Under the pieces are notes generated by a model, which had not been told where the DNA came from, did not search any database, and saw nothing but the letters and a program-made list of their open reading frames with translations. A stretch of DNA of 64,000 nt from assembly GCF_018977255.1 (NCBI RefSeq), contig NW_024704742.1:7628001-7692000 (forward strand), given 5' to 3'. Of the stretch, positions 1 to 11,809 are shown piece by piece. This DNA comes from Callorhinchus milii (lineage: Eukaryota). Numbering within the stretch: position 1 is the stretch's first letter; each line of letters begins with the position of its first letter. Both the position numbers and the translations under genes were made by a program.

Positions 1-579
1 CACCTACTTTAATCTGTACGTTCACTCGTATTGTAACGGTCTTGAGCCTGCACAGCTTGTGAGCTTGGACCTTCGATGGGCTTCAACTTTGAGCCCTCCA
101 AGATGCCATGTGGCGTGACAGGCGCTACATGAATGCAAGTTGTTGCTGTTGTTCAATGATCTTGAAGGAGCCACTGTTATAAACAATCTTGGGTGAGGAG
201 CCCAAGATATCAATTTATCTCAGTTGCCCACAACATGAAAACCGACACAGCGCCTTTTAAAACAACCTGAAGATACTCTGTGTGTTTCAGAATTCTCCAT
301 TGCACCTTTAGCAAACCTTTTTGCTCTTCAACGACAGAGCGGATCTATTATCACCCATTGTTGTCTTGTATTTCCTCCTTTCCCTCTTTCTTCTAACATC
401 TACAGTAATGATTTTTTTTGCTCCTCTGTCAAGCAGCGTAGTAAAATGAATGACGTTTTAATTTATAATACTGCTGAGATTCTTTGAACGGGGTGCAAGA
501 GCAAACATGGGACTGGCAAGGACATCTCATTCCTTGCTGACCTGCAGACTGTCTGAGCAGCTAATAGGAATGTCAGTAA

Positions 580-924
580 ATATCCTTGCGATCGTTGCAT
601 TTGATATAGCGCCTTATCACGTCTTTGAGACGTCCCAAAGCGCTTCACAGAATACACTGTAAAGTGAATTGACTCTATATTTTGTGGGCATAACGCAGCA
701 GCCAATTGTCCCACAAACAGTCGTGGATTGAGTGATCAATTTATTCTGATTTAATTTCTTTTGAAGGAATTATTACCCCCGGAAAAGCGATCTGCCAATC
801 GACTAACAACCGGGTTCCTACTTACTGCGAGGTAAACAGAGGCGTACGGAGTATATGAACTTGCCTAACATTTCGCCCTGCCCGGGAATCGAATCTAGTG
901 CTTTAAACACCGAGTTACAGGACT
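580..924 (-). mobile_element. tRNA-derived SINE, long 'A' subfamily, near full length
   Basis: Head (agtcctgtaactcggtg...), internal ctctgtttacctcgcagtaagtaggaacccgg block and tail ...gcgctatatcaaatgcaa are shared with many copies in the window. Confidence 0.85.
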
Positions 925-940
925 AAAGAAAAGGACTTAC

Positions 941-1100
941 AGACCGGGCTGGTTTCAAATTCAAATTTGAGGCTGTAGTCCCCGTATCCTGCTGCTGTGC
1001 GAGCTCGTATCTGAAAGATGTACACTGTCGTAGGTTTCAGGCCATCTGCAGTAATCTGGGTCTCTCTGGATTTGATAATGGTGTAGCTGGTCTCCTGGTC
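941..1100 (-). CDS. EPHA5: EphA5 coding exon 7 (C-half of second FN3 domain), 160 bp, phase 0-1
   Basis: [53 protein letters not shown] inside ORF 915..1121. Acceptor tatctttaAG at 1102-1101; donor GTaagt at 940. Confidence 0.95.
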
Positions 1101-1589
1101 CTTAAAGATAATGGAGTACAAAGTGAAGATATCAGGGTTGAACAGTGAGGCTGCATCTCACCCAGGGTTTCACGCTGGCATTTCACGAGATAAGATGCAT
1201 TGTTTAAACAATTTGTCAATCAATGGCTAACCGCTGTTCAAATATTCAATCATTATCATTTCTTTGTATTCGAATTAGTTCAGCAGTGAGGCATGAGGCA
1301 TCCCAGGATTTGCTGCCATTGCTGAACAGTCCTCGAAAGAAAAGCCTAATTGTCTGGAATGCAGATAAGACCCAGTGAAAACTCACTCTTGCGGCTAGCG
1401 AGGGAACGTTATGCTCCAGTGGTAAGAAGAAGCATTCCTGAACACGTTTCGCTAGGAAACGGGACTCAGAGAGGCAACTCCCACTTTCCTCTGTCTGAGA
1501 TGTCCTGCTCCAGCCAGAATGTTCACTTTTATTATTAATAATGAAGCCAATACTGACCCGCTTCGTATCCATCGCCCCGGCCCACCCCA

Positions 1590-1785
1590 CCATTGGCAGG
1601 TGAGCTTTCTGTAATTGTACCTCTGCCTCCCTCCTCACTTTTAAAAGCCTGGCCTAAGATTTACCTCTTTGAACATGTTTTTGGACATCTCTCTCCCCCA
1701 CCCACCACCCCACCTTCAGTTTCCCTTCCCCTAGCTCAGGTGTCTATTCCTCCCGATATTAAAGTGGTTATGTAAACGGTTATTT
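1590..1785 (+). mobile_element. Degenerate L2 LINE 3' end
   Basis: Resembles the better preserved L2 ends at 58030-58520 and 61665-62198 (acctctttgaacatgtttttggacatc). Confidence 0.5.
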
Positions 1786-2069
1786 AATATTTTGCACTTG
1801 AAAAAGCACATTGAGCAGCCGAATGATACAGGTTCTACTTTCCTACGTCATACAATTCAAACCTCACCCGAGCGAGTATCACAAATCAGGTACGGACAGA
1901 CTGTGGCGCGGACATAATCTCCTCGTGCTCACTCACTTTGCAATTACAGATTTCTATCACCGATTGATTCCCATTGCCGTGATCAATTTATGCCAGAAAA
2001 AACGGCTTCCAAATTAAGATTAAATTTGAAAGACTCTGCAACTTGAAGACCTACAGTTATGTTGAGTGT

Positions 2070-2420
2070 TACGGCAGCAACATGGAAACAGGCCATTCGG
2101 CCCAACTCGACCACACTGGTCTTTATACTCCACATGAAGCCCCCCACCTCTTCTGTTCAAAATGTTCACAGGCTTAGACTAAATGCAATTACCTGTGAAT
2201 AATTTATTGATAATGACACAGGCAGATATTGCAGCATCTTGGTGCCCGAGCCTTCAGTCATTACGCCTCTAATCTCTGGAACTCCCGGCCTCGATCCCTC
2301 CACCTTACCACCCCCTCTCTATCCGTCTTCAAATCTCACCTTAGAACTTACCACTTTGCTTGCGTCTACGGACGCCTCACTCTCCCTTCTTCCTCCTAGC
2401 TACATCAATGCAAATTGTTG
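2070..2420. mobile_element. CR1 3' tail (minus, ~2070-2150) followed by L2 3' end (plus, ~2235-2420)
   Basis: ggaaacaggccattcggccc is a CR1 tail hairpin; gccttcagtcattacgcctctaatctctggaactccc is an L2 motif. Confidence 0.55.
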
Positions 2421-2580
2421 CTGTTTGCCACAGGAACACGGCTGTGAATGCTCTTGTATCAATCTGCCTTGTGTAAGGTTCGGAATTAATCAGATGGGGC
2501 TTTCGTAGATTATTGAAGTCCTTGTAAAGGAATCGGACTCAAAACCAAAGAGTGAGATTCATTTAGCGATTCATTTTTAC

Positions 2581-2705
2581 CTTTTCAAAATACTTGATCT
2601 CATACTCCAGTATGATACCGTTGGGGCGATCTGGTTCCTGCCAGTTTAGTGCGATGCTATTTTTGGTCACCTTCTTCTTTTTCACAACACTAATCAGCGA
2701 TGGTG
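2581..2705 (-). CDS. EPHA5: EphA5 coding exon 6 (N-half of second FN3 domain), 125 bp, phase 1-0
   Basis: [42 protein letters not shown] inside ORF 2563..2895. Acceptor ttttgttttttatAG at 2707-2706; donor GTaaaa at 2580. Confidence 0.95.
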
Positions 2706-2931
2706 CTATAAAAAACAAAAAATATACAAGCACATCATCAACACCCTGGTCAGAAATAAACAGAGATTGCTTTTTAATTGTTCTTAATTTCATGCATTCC
2801 TCTAACTGCACCTGAGCTTTAGGGACGTATAACCCTGTTGTGGAAATCGAAAGGTCACTTTTGATCAGACATTCAGTTGTAATATATTGATACACAAATA
2901 AATACGTGTTGCTATTCTCACAGAAAAGATG

Positions 2932-3292
2932 AATAATAATAATAATAATAATCCTTGCATTTGATACAGTGCCTTATTACATCTTCTAGACATTTCAAAG
3001 CACTTCACACTCCAAATTGACTGTAGATTTTGTGGGTGAAACGTGACAGCCAATTGTGCACCGCAGTGTTCCACAATCAGTCGTGGATTGAGTGACCAAA
3101 TTTTTTTTTAAGGTATTATTATCCCCGGAAAAGCGATCCGCCAATCAACTAGCAGCCGAGTTCCTACTTACTGCTGGGTAAGCAGAGGCGTGTGGAGTAA
3201 GGAAACTTGCCTAATATTTAGCTCTGCCGGGAATCAAACCCAGGTCTCTCGCTTGCGAGGTGAGTGCTCTAACCACTGAGCTACAGGACTCC
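2932..3292 (-). mobile_element. tRNA-derived SINE, A subfamily, full length with (ATT)n tail
   Basis: Minus strand reads GGAGTCCTGTAGCTCAGTGGTTAGAGC (A box)...GGGTTTGATTCCC (B box)...tail (ATT)n. Confidence 0.9.
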
Positions 3293-3374
3293 ACATTATT
3301 AACATTGTAAGATTTGTAAATATCAAAGGATCTCCACACCAATCCTAATGACTATAGACTCACCTTGCACAACA

Positions 3375-3550
3375 GAACCCAGTTGTTAGTCGATTGGTGG
3401 ATCGCTTTTCCGGGAGTAACAACCCCTTCAAATTTTTTTTTAAAAAATAATAAATAATAATTTGGTTGCTCAGTTCACGACTGTTTGTGGGACACTGCTG
3501 TGCGCAATTGGCTGCCGCGTTTCGCCCACAAAAATATACAGTCAATTTAC
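3375..3550 (+). mobile_element. SINE A-subfamily internal fragment
   Basis: gaacccagttgttagtcgattggtggatcgcttttccggg...ctgtttgtgggacactgctgtgcgcaattggctgcc. Confidence 0.85.
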
Positions 3551-4894
3551 CTGACAAGGGGTCTTTGCTGCTTTGCGGTGATATAGGGATGAGGTCGGGT
3601 GATGGAAGACAGTGGGTTTGGTCAACAACAGAGTGAAATGCTTAAAGAAGAGCTGAGTATCAGATAAAACACAGATTGCACTTTGGGATCTGTGGTGTCA
3701 GCAAATCGAAATCACATTGATGAGTTAGACAGACTGGTCAACTTCATCGCCTCTTGCTATGCAGGTATCTATAGAACCATTTCAACCCCAGGAAAACATT
3801 ATTCACTCCCTCCCTCCCTCCTTCCCTTCAGATATCTTTAGACATGGTAGGCATTTGGTTGAACTCAGAAGACTAAAAGACATGAAAATAATGCTTCTCG
3901 TTCGTGAACTCTAGAAAAGGTCTACGTCATGAATTAAGTTTTTATTTTTGGAATCACTGTATGTATTATCCAGTTTATTTCCAAGCAAGCTTCCCCAGGC
4001 CTTATTTGTACCTTGTACCATTTTCCATCTGAGTTGGCAAAATCTGTCAATTTTGTTTGACAAAGTTAAGAAAAATGCCAATCATAGAACTCGCGAGGCA
4101 GATAATGAGTAACATTCAGAGCATGATAAGGGACACCATTGCTTAATGCTGAGACATTGAAACATTGCTAATTTAGAATTTGCTCCTCCATTTACGAGTT
4201 AAAATGTTCCCGTGTGATGACGATCAATTAAACTGATCCCAGCGGTATTGGTTTGCAAGATATTTTGCATCTCTGCTGCGCTGGTGTTACAATATACTGC
4301 ATTAACAGGCTGCGTCGGTAAGTGAAGGGAATTTTCTTCGCTAACTGTGTGTAATTTGATCGCAGGGTTCAGACTAAAGTGCAACCTTCCCACGCTAAGG
4401 TTCACAACTGAATGTCTTGCAATAAGATCCTAGTGACACATAAAACCATAGTGCAGAGTTGCTTCCAGGGGTCACTTTTATTTACTGTTCAAGGGTACTG
4501 CTACCGTTTCGTGCTCCCATCAAAAGCAACTAATGTCAGAATTTCAGTCCTGTTCCTAACAAAATCAGATTATATTGTGAAAGGTCGGTGGTGGGGGAGA
4601 GAGGGGGGAGAAAAGGTAGGTGCTCTTTAAACAGGTACAAGGCTAATTTTACTTTCAATTACAATGACATTTTCCAGTCCAAGATTTTAATTGACTAATT
4701 ATAATCAGCGGCAAGCAATTTCAACTAGAATTAAGTGGCCCTTGAAGCTATTTTAACCCAGCATCCTTTACCTACTAAATACATTAAATTCACATAAATT
4801 TGTCACATTTGCTTCTTGGATAAACTACCATCCATTCCACATACCTTCACAGCCCAACATATAAGGACAGTTTTATTATATACCCGATTAGACA

Positions 4895-5120
4895 AGTACA
4901 ACAACAACAACTATAATTTATATAGTGTCCTTCATCTAGAATAAAGTCTCGGAGCACTTCACAATGGCAGGGCGGATGCCGAGTGGGGGGGGATCTTAGG
5001 CATGGTCAAAGAGGTAGGTTTTAAGGTGGGGCCTGAAGAGATCAGGGGATTAGCATTGGTGACGCAGATAGGGCAGAGGTGTGCAGTCAGCCTCAGGTAG
5101 TGATGGGAGGGTGTGGGCAG
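4895..5120 (-). mobile_element. Degenerate L2 3' end with (TTG)n tail
   Basis: acaacaacaacaac tail followed by L2-like ggcatggtcaaagaggtaggttttaagg. Confidence 0.55.
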
Positions 5121-6251
5121 AGAAATGAAAGGAGTAACATTCCCGCTCGTAATTTCCAGCTTCACATTTACGCCCAAATGATAAAAGGTCAGTGTGCTGC
5201 ACACTGCAAAGCACCTCCAAGTTTCACAAAGCTCACGCTAAATTGGAACATCAGTAGATCATTGCATTGAGCTTTGAGATGCTACCGAAATCATATAGCT
5301 TGCAATGCAATCTGCTGACTGCTGCTGAGTTGAATACTTGGTAGAGTATTTTAAAAGGAGTTGCAGTGTGAATCAGCACTGACAGGGTACTTATTCGCAC
5401 CTCATTCATTGCCCAGACACAGAATCCCAACTTTGGAGTATACTTGAAGGACTATTTCCTACTTGTGATTACCTGTTCCTCCCCCCACACCTTCCCCTTC
5501 CCCCACTGGTTTACATTTCAGGCTTGTATTCCAAATGGATGAAAGCTATTGATTTTGTTCAGCAATGCAATGCCCACTTGCGATCGTAAATGAGGTATAA
5601 GATTTCACAGCCAGGTACGTTCTGAGCTCTTGCCTCACTAAGTGAAGCAGGAGCCAGAACAAATTCCTTGCATGTAAAGCAATGTTACGGAGAATGAATC
5701 GACAAGCTCTGCTGAGATAACTGAACCTTGTGATGTATTACTTACACCACTCAACATGGGCCACGGGTGCTGAATCTGAAAAGGAAATTCAAACAAGCCT
5801 GAACTGGTCGCGAATGCAATCGGAAAACAGCAACACCTTCACTTGTACAACAGCTTTCAAGAATGATGAACAAAGTGCTTAACTGATACAATAGAGAGAG
5901 AGTTGAGCAGGAATAAAAGGGAGACTTTTTAAGGACGTTCACAAAAAAGCACGGTCAAAGAAACATGCTTGGAGACGGTTTGGGAAGTAGGAGAGAGATC
6001 AAGAAGCATGATGAAGAGCATGCGGACTCTGGATTTATATAACTCTGGATATAATTGCTGGAGAGCAGGAGCGTAAGTGGATCTTGGATTGGCCATCAAA
6101 TGTGGAACCAAAGAAGTGAGGAGTGAGTTGAAGACCAGATTCTCCACACCCATACACACAGGCACTGAGTCGTGCTGTGTACACTCTTTCTAATGATGCT
6201 TAGTTGGCAGCATCTCCTTCTATACGTACACAATTCCATTTTGTGCATCTC

Positions 6252-6520
6252 ACAACAACAACAAATTACATTTGTATAGCGCCTTTCACATCGGGAGGAC
6301 GTCCCAAGGTTCTGACAGTCAGGGATTTGGACCCGAGCAGGGGGTTGGGCAAAGGGAGGGAGGGTGGAGGGTACGGGTATGAGGGTGGCTGAAGGCGCGG
6401 TCGAAGAGGAGGGTCATGAGACGTGCCTCAAAGGAAGCAAGGGAGGGTGCGAAGCGAAGAAAATGTGGGATGGAGTTCCAAAGAGTGGGGGAAGAGAGGG
6501 TGAAGGCCTGACCACCTTTG
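6252..6520 (-). mobile_element. L2 LINE 3' end
   Basis: caacaacaacaaattacatttgtatagcgcctttcacatcgggaggacgtcccaagg...; reverse complement of the family at 58030-58520. Confidence 0.8.
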
Positions 6521-6994
6521 TGGTGCCCTTGTCTGAGGCTAAAGCCGTTGCACCAAAACTGTTTGTAATTTTATTCCTTTTCCTCCACTTTTTTTTTATC
6601 CGTTTTGACTTCTGTCTTGTGAGATGGTGAAGTGGGAAATGGATGTTCTTCACCCATTCATCTTCACTGATTCAGGGATATTCCTTTTCCTTTTTAGCTA
6701 ATCATTAGGAAAATAAGGCAAACAAAGCCAGCTATCCCAGCTTCAATAAAGTAATTTAAAGGGCCCGGGTTAGTCCAACCTTTCGTCCTAACATGCCGTT
6801 CTCCTTCTTACAGAGCTAAAGTTCCTGATCCTCACCTGGCAATTGCCCATAGTAGAAAGACTTGAAATTTTACCATATAAGGAATCACAACACAGATTGG
6901 CATCCCCTCATTTCATATTGCAGTGTGAGTCAAATTCGTAAACCCTTATTTAAGCATTATTGGAAACTTTTTTTAATTAAATTGATAATACAGT

Positions 6995-7596
6995 ACTAAT
7001 AAACCTTGCATTTGATAAAGTGCTTTATCATATTGGAAAGTCTTGAAATGCTTCACAGAGTTTTCTGTAAAGATGATTAATTGTGTATTTGTAGATGAAC
7101 GCAGCAACCAATTTGCACAGTAATGTCCCACAAACAGCCATGAGGATAGACGACTAATTTTATCTGTGGTTGACTTGAACTGCTTTTTCACTTTCATGTA
7201 AAAGTCCAACTAAAGTCTCTGAAAAAAAATAAGAAGAATCCTTGCATTTGAGACAGCGCCTTATCACGTCTTTGAGACGTCTCAAAGCGCCTCACAGAAT
7301 ATACTGTAAAGTGAATTGACTGCATATTTTGTGGATGAAATGCAGCAGCCAATTGCGCACAGCAGCGTCCCCACAAACAGTTGTGGATTGAAGTGACCAA
7401 TTTAATATTTTTTGAAGGAATTATTATCCCCGGAAAAGCGATCTGCCAATCGACTAACACCCGGGTTCTTACTTACTACTAGGTAAACAGAGGTATATGG
7501 AGTAAAGAAACTTGCCTAACATTTCGCCCTGCCGGAATAGAACCCAGGTCTCTCACTTGTGAGGCGAGTGCTCTAACCACTGAGCTATAGGACTCC
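6995..7596 (-). mobile_element. Two tandem SINEs: old tail fragment (~6995-7150) and full-length A copy (7228-7596)
   Basis: Both carry the ccttgcatttga... tail; the second has an intact tRNA head ending ...gagctataggactcc. Confidence 0.85.
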
Positions 7597-8534
7597 ACTT
7601 TGAAGAGCTGAATCCACACACACATCACTCCAGTTGCGATTCAATTTACAATTGTTTCCGGTTTTCAACCACAGCAAACAAGCAACAGACTTTTACAATT
7701 CTTACAAGCTTCTAGATGGAGCGCAGTAGAAAGTATTTGGGGCAAATTAGCAAGAACCAAGGTTTGGGGAGCCTGGCATATGCGTTGGGAAACTGCTGGA
7801 GTCTAACCAGCTAAAACCACAGAGCTTGTCATTGTAACACTGCCTGGCAAGCGTACCACTACTTGTCCTGCGAGAATCACTCTATCCGTTAGTTTTCTGG
7901 CTTGCAGGGTTAACAGGAGCTGAGTTGGAAGAATCCCATCTCCAGTCTGCCCTCCTATGCCATTGAATTTCTCTTTCCAATGATTACATTAGTAGCTCAA
8001 TATCTGGTTTGTTACCCTTCATAGTGATTTCACTTTCTGTTGACTGGACATGGAATCAAAGCAGAAGCAGGCACAGTTACACAGTGATTCAGCTTCAATC
8101 ACTTGTAGTTGCTGGAGTGGGGGTTGGATTCCAAGTACCTTCAGGTATAGGGCCAGATATCCTCAGCGTGTATCTGGTGATTGACCTCTTGTTTCTTCCG
8201 GAAGTACTTTACAAAGCAGTGACAGAGACTTCTGAACATTATCGTATTGACTACTGCACTGACCAGATGCAGATGTGAAAGAGTGATCTGCAATTATGTC
8301 CTTGTATCTCTCGAGAATTTTATCTGTGAGAACGATGTCCTCAGGCACTACAAACTAACACGGAAACACAGAAGGACACCAACTTGTTCCCTGATTTAAA
8401 ATATCACAGTCAAGTGACCAGAGTAAAACAAATGACCATAAAATTAAAATGATTTACCAGTCTATGTTTTTGATTTTTTGTAAAAAGAAATCATTGTTAT
8501 CAACTGACTCCCTGGTTCGAAAAAATCTCTAGGA

Positions 8535-8720
8535 CTTTTGCAAGTGAGAGGACCCGGGTTCGATTCCCAGGCAAGTTTCCTTATTCAACCTGCCTCTGTT
8601 TACCTAGCGGTAAGTAGGAACCCGGTTAGTCGATTGGCGCATCGTTTCCGGGGGATTTTGATGGGATGAAATCAAATTGGGCCAAAGGGCTTTCTTCATC
8701 CAAACCTCTCTTGTGACCTT
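8535..8720 (+). mobile_element. Old SINE head/internal module joined to a CR1-like 3' tail
   Basis: gaggacccgggttcgattcccaggcaagtttcc...gtttccggggg, then gatgggatgaaatcaaattgggccaaagggctttc, similar to the CR1 end at ~57110-57170. Confidence 0.65.
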
Positions 8721-9299
8721 AAAGTGTTAGTCAGTGTTATTAAGTTTCGGTTATAACCTGAATTGTTTGTTGACACTTGTTTCAGAAGTGTGTTTACCTC
8801 ATAAAGAATTGATTGATAGCACATTTCTTCCAGCTGGATTTAATATTTACAGTCCTGCACCATTTAATTAGTGCAAGGCAATGTTTCTGCTTTGACACCC
8901 TGTACACTAGCTATAAATATCAGTTAGCTTCTACGATATTGACGAGTGAGTTTCTATCTGATAGAAATAATCAGTTGCTTTACAAATAATTGCTCTTTTT
9001 TGAAACTGGAATTGTAAATTTGCTTTTGTCTGCCATGTTTGTGAATGGGACAGAGGAGACTATATATAGAAGGAAACTATATATTTTCACTCAAAAACTT
9101 TAATACAATACAGCCCCTTCCTTAATCAGGAACCACAGTATCCTATGCCACCCTCCCTAGCTGTTCCCAAACAAAAATACCAATAAAAATGCTCATTCCT
9201 TGAGTCTTTTAGCCTTTGTGGGAACACTTTCTTCTAAGCCAAAGTGGTCGGTCCTCACCATAAAATAATTAGTGGCTGTGACACACAGTAATGGTGCTC

Positions 9300-9445
9300 A
9301 CCGTCCTAGACATACACACTGGTGCTCACTGCCCTTGCCTCAACCACCTTTCCTGGTTGCCCGTTCCAGCTGTTGATTATTCTCTGTATAAAGAAATACT
9401 TCCTGACGTCAGCCCTAAACATCACTCCCTCTTGAGCCTCTCGGC
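9300..9445 (-). mobile_element. CR1 ORF2 C-terminal fragment
   Basis: Translation FRADVRKYFFIQRIINSWNGQPGKVVEA, the CR1 C-terminal motif. Confidence 0.75.
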
Positions 9446-10439
9446 AAAAGCCAAAGTGGTGGCTGTCCACGCTGGATGGAAAATAACATTTACAGGAATT
9501 TGCTAACGCAGAGCTGCATAAAAATAAAAGTCCATTGTGTAGGTCTGTTTCACAAGCAGACAAAGAGAGCTGATGGAAACATAAAAACAGGTGAGGCGAT
9601 ATTCCGTTTGTGTCTTCCCTTGAGTGCAATTGCACTGCGGTGAGCTTTATTGAGCAATCATACCGCACCGTACCAGGGTACAGGATTTTGACCGGTAACA
9701 TAAAGGCTTTTTGTAGGCTCATGGCATGAAAGTAGGTTAGTATTTGATGTACAGTCATGTGTGAAGAATGTCTGATCAAGGTATCCTCAATTAGGCTCGT
9801 CTCTTCTGTCGAGTTTACCCCTGAGAATGCACAGCGTTTAAGTAAATGGGAAAGTTGCATTACAAGCACTGACTGAATTGGCAATAATGCCCATCCAAGA
9901 AATCAGTAAGTGCCCATGTAGCACAAAGTACCACATTATATAGAGAACACTAGATTAGTGGCTGTTTCCTGAAGCTATGGTTCTATGTGCAAGAATAGTT
10001 CTCTGTATTTTCTCAAACAAAGCAGAAAATTAAAGGGAAGTACATTCTTCTATAATCCCTTGTACATATAGCAAAGGGAGAAAGATATTAAGACATTTAC
10101 ACTGTGTTTCTTTCTAATCTTTCCCTTGGTCACCAGGTTTATACTTTGGAGGCGTTGCTTCGAGCAGGCAATTTATGCAGAAAAGCGTGAATTAGGCATC
10201 AGAAATAGGGCCAATTTGATTTTTTTTCTGATCTGTTCTGAGCCGAGAACTAAAGTGACATTTAACGGCATGTGGAGGAAACTGAAGTAGAAAGAATGAA
10301 TTAGAAGGAGGTTTCCCATTACTACCGGAGTCAAAGGAGGGAAGTTGCACGTAAATAACTCCTCCCAGCAGTAAGAAAGCAAACCACGCCGGAAAGCTAG
10401 AGTGAATGAGAGACACTGATCAGGGAGATATCAGGGAGA

Positions 10440-10552
10440 TGGCTGCCGCGTTTCGCCCACAAATTCACTTTACAGTATACTCTGTGAAGTGCTTAGAGAC
10501 GTCTAGAAGACATGAAAAGCGCTATATCAAATGCAAGGATAATAATAATATT
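10440..10552 (+). mobile_element. SINE 3' tail fragment
   Basis: tggctgccgcgtttcgcccacaaa...gcgctatatcaaatgcaaggat. Confidence 0.8.
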
Positions 10553-11809
10553 TCACTTTATAAGATGTAGAATTAGTGCTCCATCAGGGATTTAAAATGC
10601 TGTCTGGTGCACGGGAAGCCAAAATGGATGAATTCTGTGTCAATAATTCTATGTTTTCTATGTCACTCCCTGCATATCCACAGTGAGCATGAAGTGACAG
10701 CAGCAACGACCTAATACCCAGAAGTCAGACATTTTGACTTGTTAAACATGTCTCCTCTGGGGTATGAGGTTGCCACTGATGTAATGCTTTGGGTCTGAAG
10801 TTTTTTTCACTCTGGAACCCTACTCTCTCCCTCTCTACTTTCCAAAATCTAAAAACCCAAATGGTTGATTGCATCTTTGGGCATCTCCTCCTGTAACCTC
10901 CGTAGCTCCCACCCTCTTCAGGCTCCCATTCCACCAATGAGAAGGTAAAAATCAAGACTAGTCATGTAAATGTAGTATGAGTTCTTCTGACAGTCCGGTA
11001 AGTATTCTCAGTAGTTGCACGAAGTTTATGGATGAATAAACCACGGAGGTGCGTGCTAACAATGGAAAGGTGTGCAAACCGCATTTTAAGAGCAAGCTGC
11101 CATTCGTGAGAAAACTGACTGATTCCCAGAAAATAGCCTCCAATATGTAGACAAGCCTTGCCTTTCAATTTCAGATGAAGAGTGCAAGGGTGCGAGTAAA
11201 GATTTATCTCTGGTGACTGGTTAGTGTTCTGTTCCAGTCTGTGTTCAAAATGTTATCTCACCGGAAATTTTATAATGAGGGGTGGAGAGGAGAGGGGTGG
11301 GGTGGGGGGGGGGGAGCGAGGTGGGTGGGGGAGAAGGGAAGGATTTGGTAGCGTTATTATTAATCAGAATTGTAATGCCTAAAGTGCTGGATATCTGCCA
11401 AGCAAGCAGAAATGCTGCAGTCAGAGCCAGGCTTACAGCAGTCCTCTATGAACATATGCCATGTAAATCTGAGATAGCAGACAAGAATGTTTATCTAGAC
11501 TTAATAGAATAAAATCTATCAGCACGGGAGTTACAGTGTCAGCAAAGGCATACCAGCATACATTATCATCTCTTTTCCATTGTTCCTTTTAGAGAATCCC
11601 ACACGTCTCAAAAATGGCACTCTTTCTCATGTTCTGTGTATGGTTAATATCTCAAGGAATTCTAAACAATTTTTGAAAAGTTCTTATAAACACAAGGATT
11701 GACTATTCGTGGTTCTGGATATCGTGCCAAGTTTAATAAACTGCATTACATCAGTCCGTGCTACCCTTTAACAAGATGAATGTTTTACAGCATGTATTCT
11801 ACTCTTTCC

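Noticed and set aside
1..580. EPHA5 transmembrane exon 8
   Set aside because: No hydrophobic TM-coding segment with splice sites seen; presumably beyond the window start.
3220..3292. tRNA genes at SINE heads
   Set aside because: They continue into SINE body and tail, vary between copies and have imperfect acceptor stems; not true tRNAs.
9306..9884. 192-aa minus-strand ORF as an extra EPHA5 exon or nested gene
   Set aside because: Only its end is recognisable (CR1 C-terminus); no Eph similarity, and exons 5 and 6 already join in phase.
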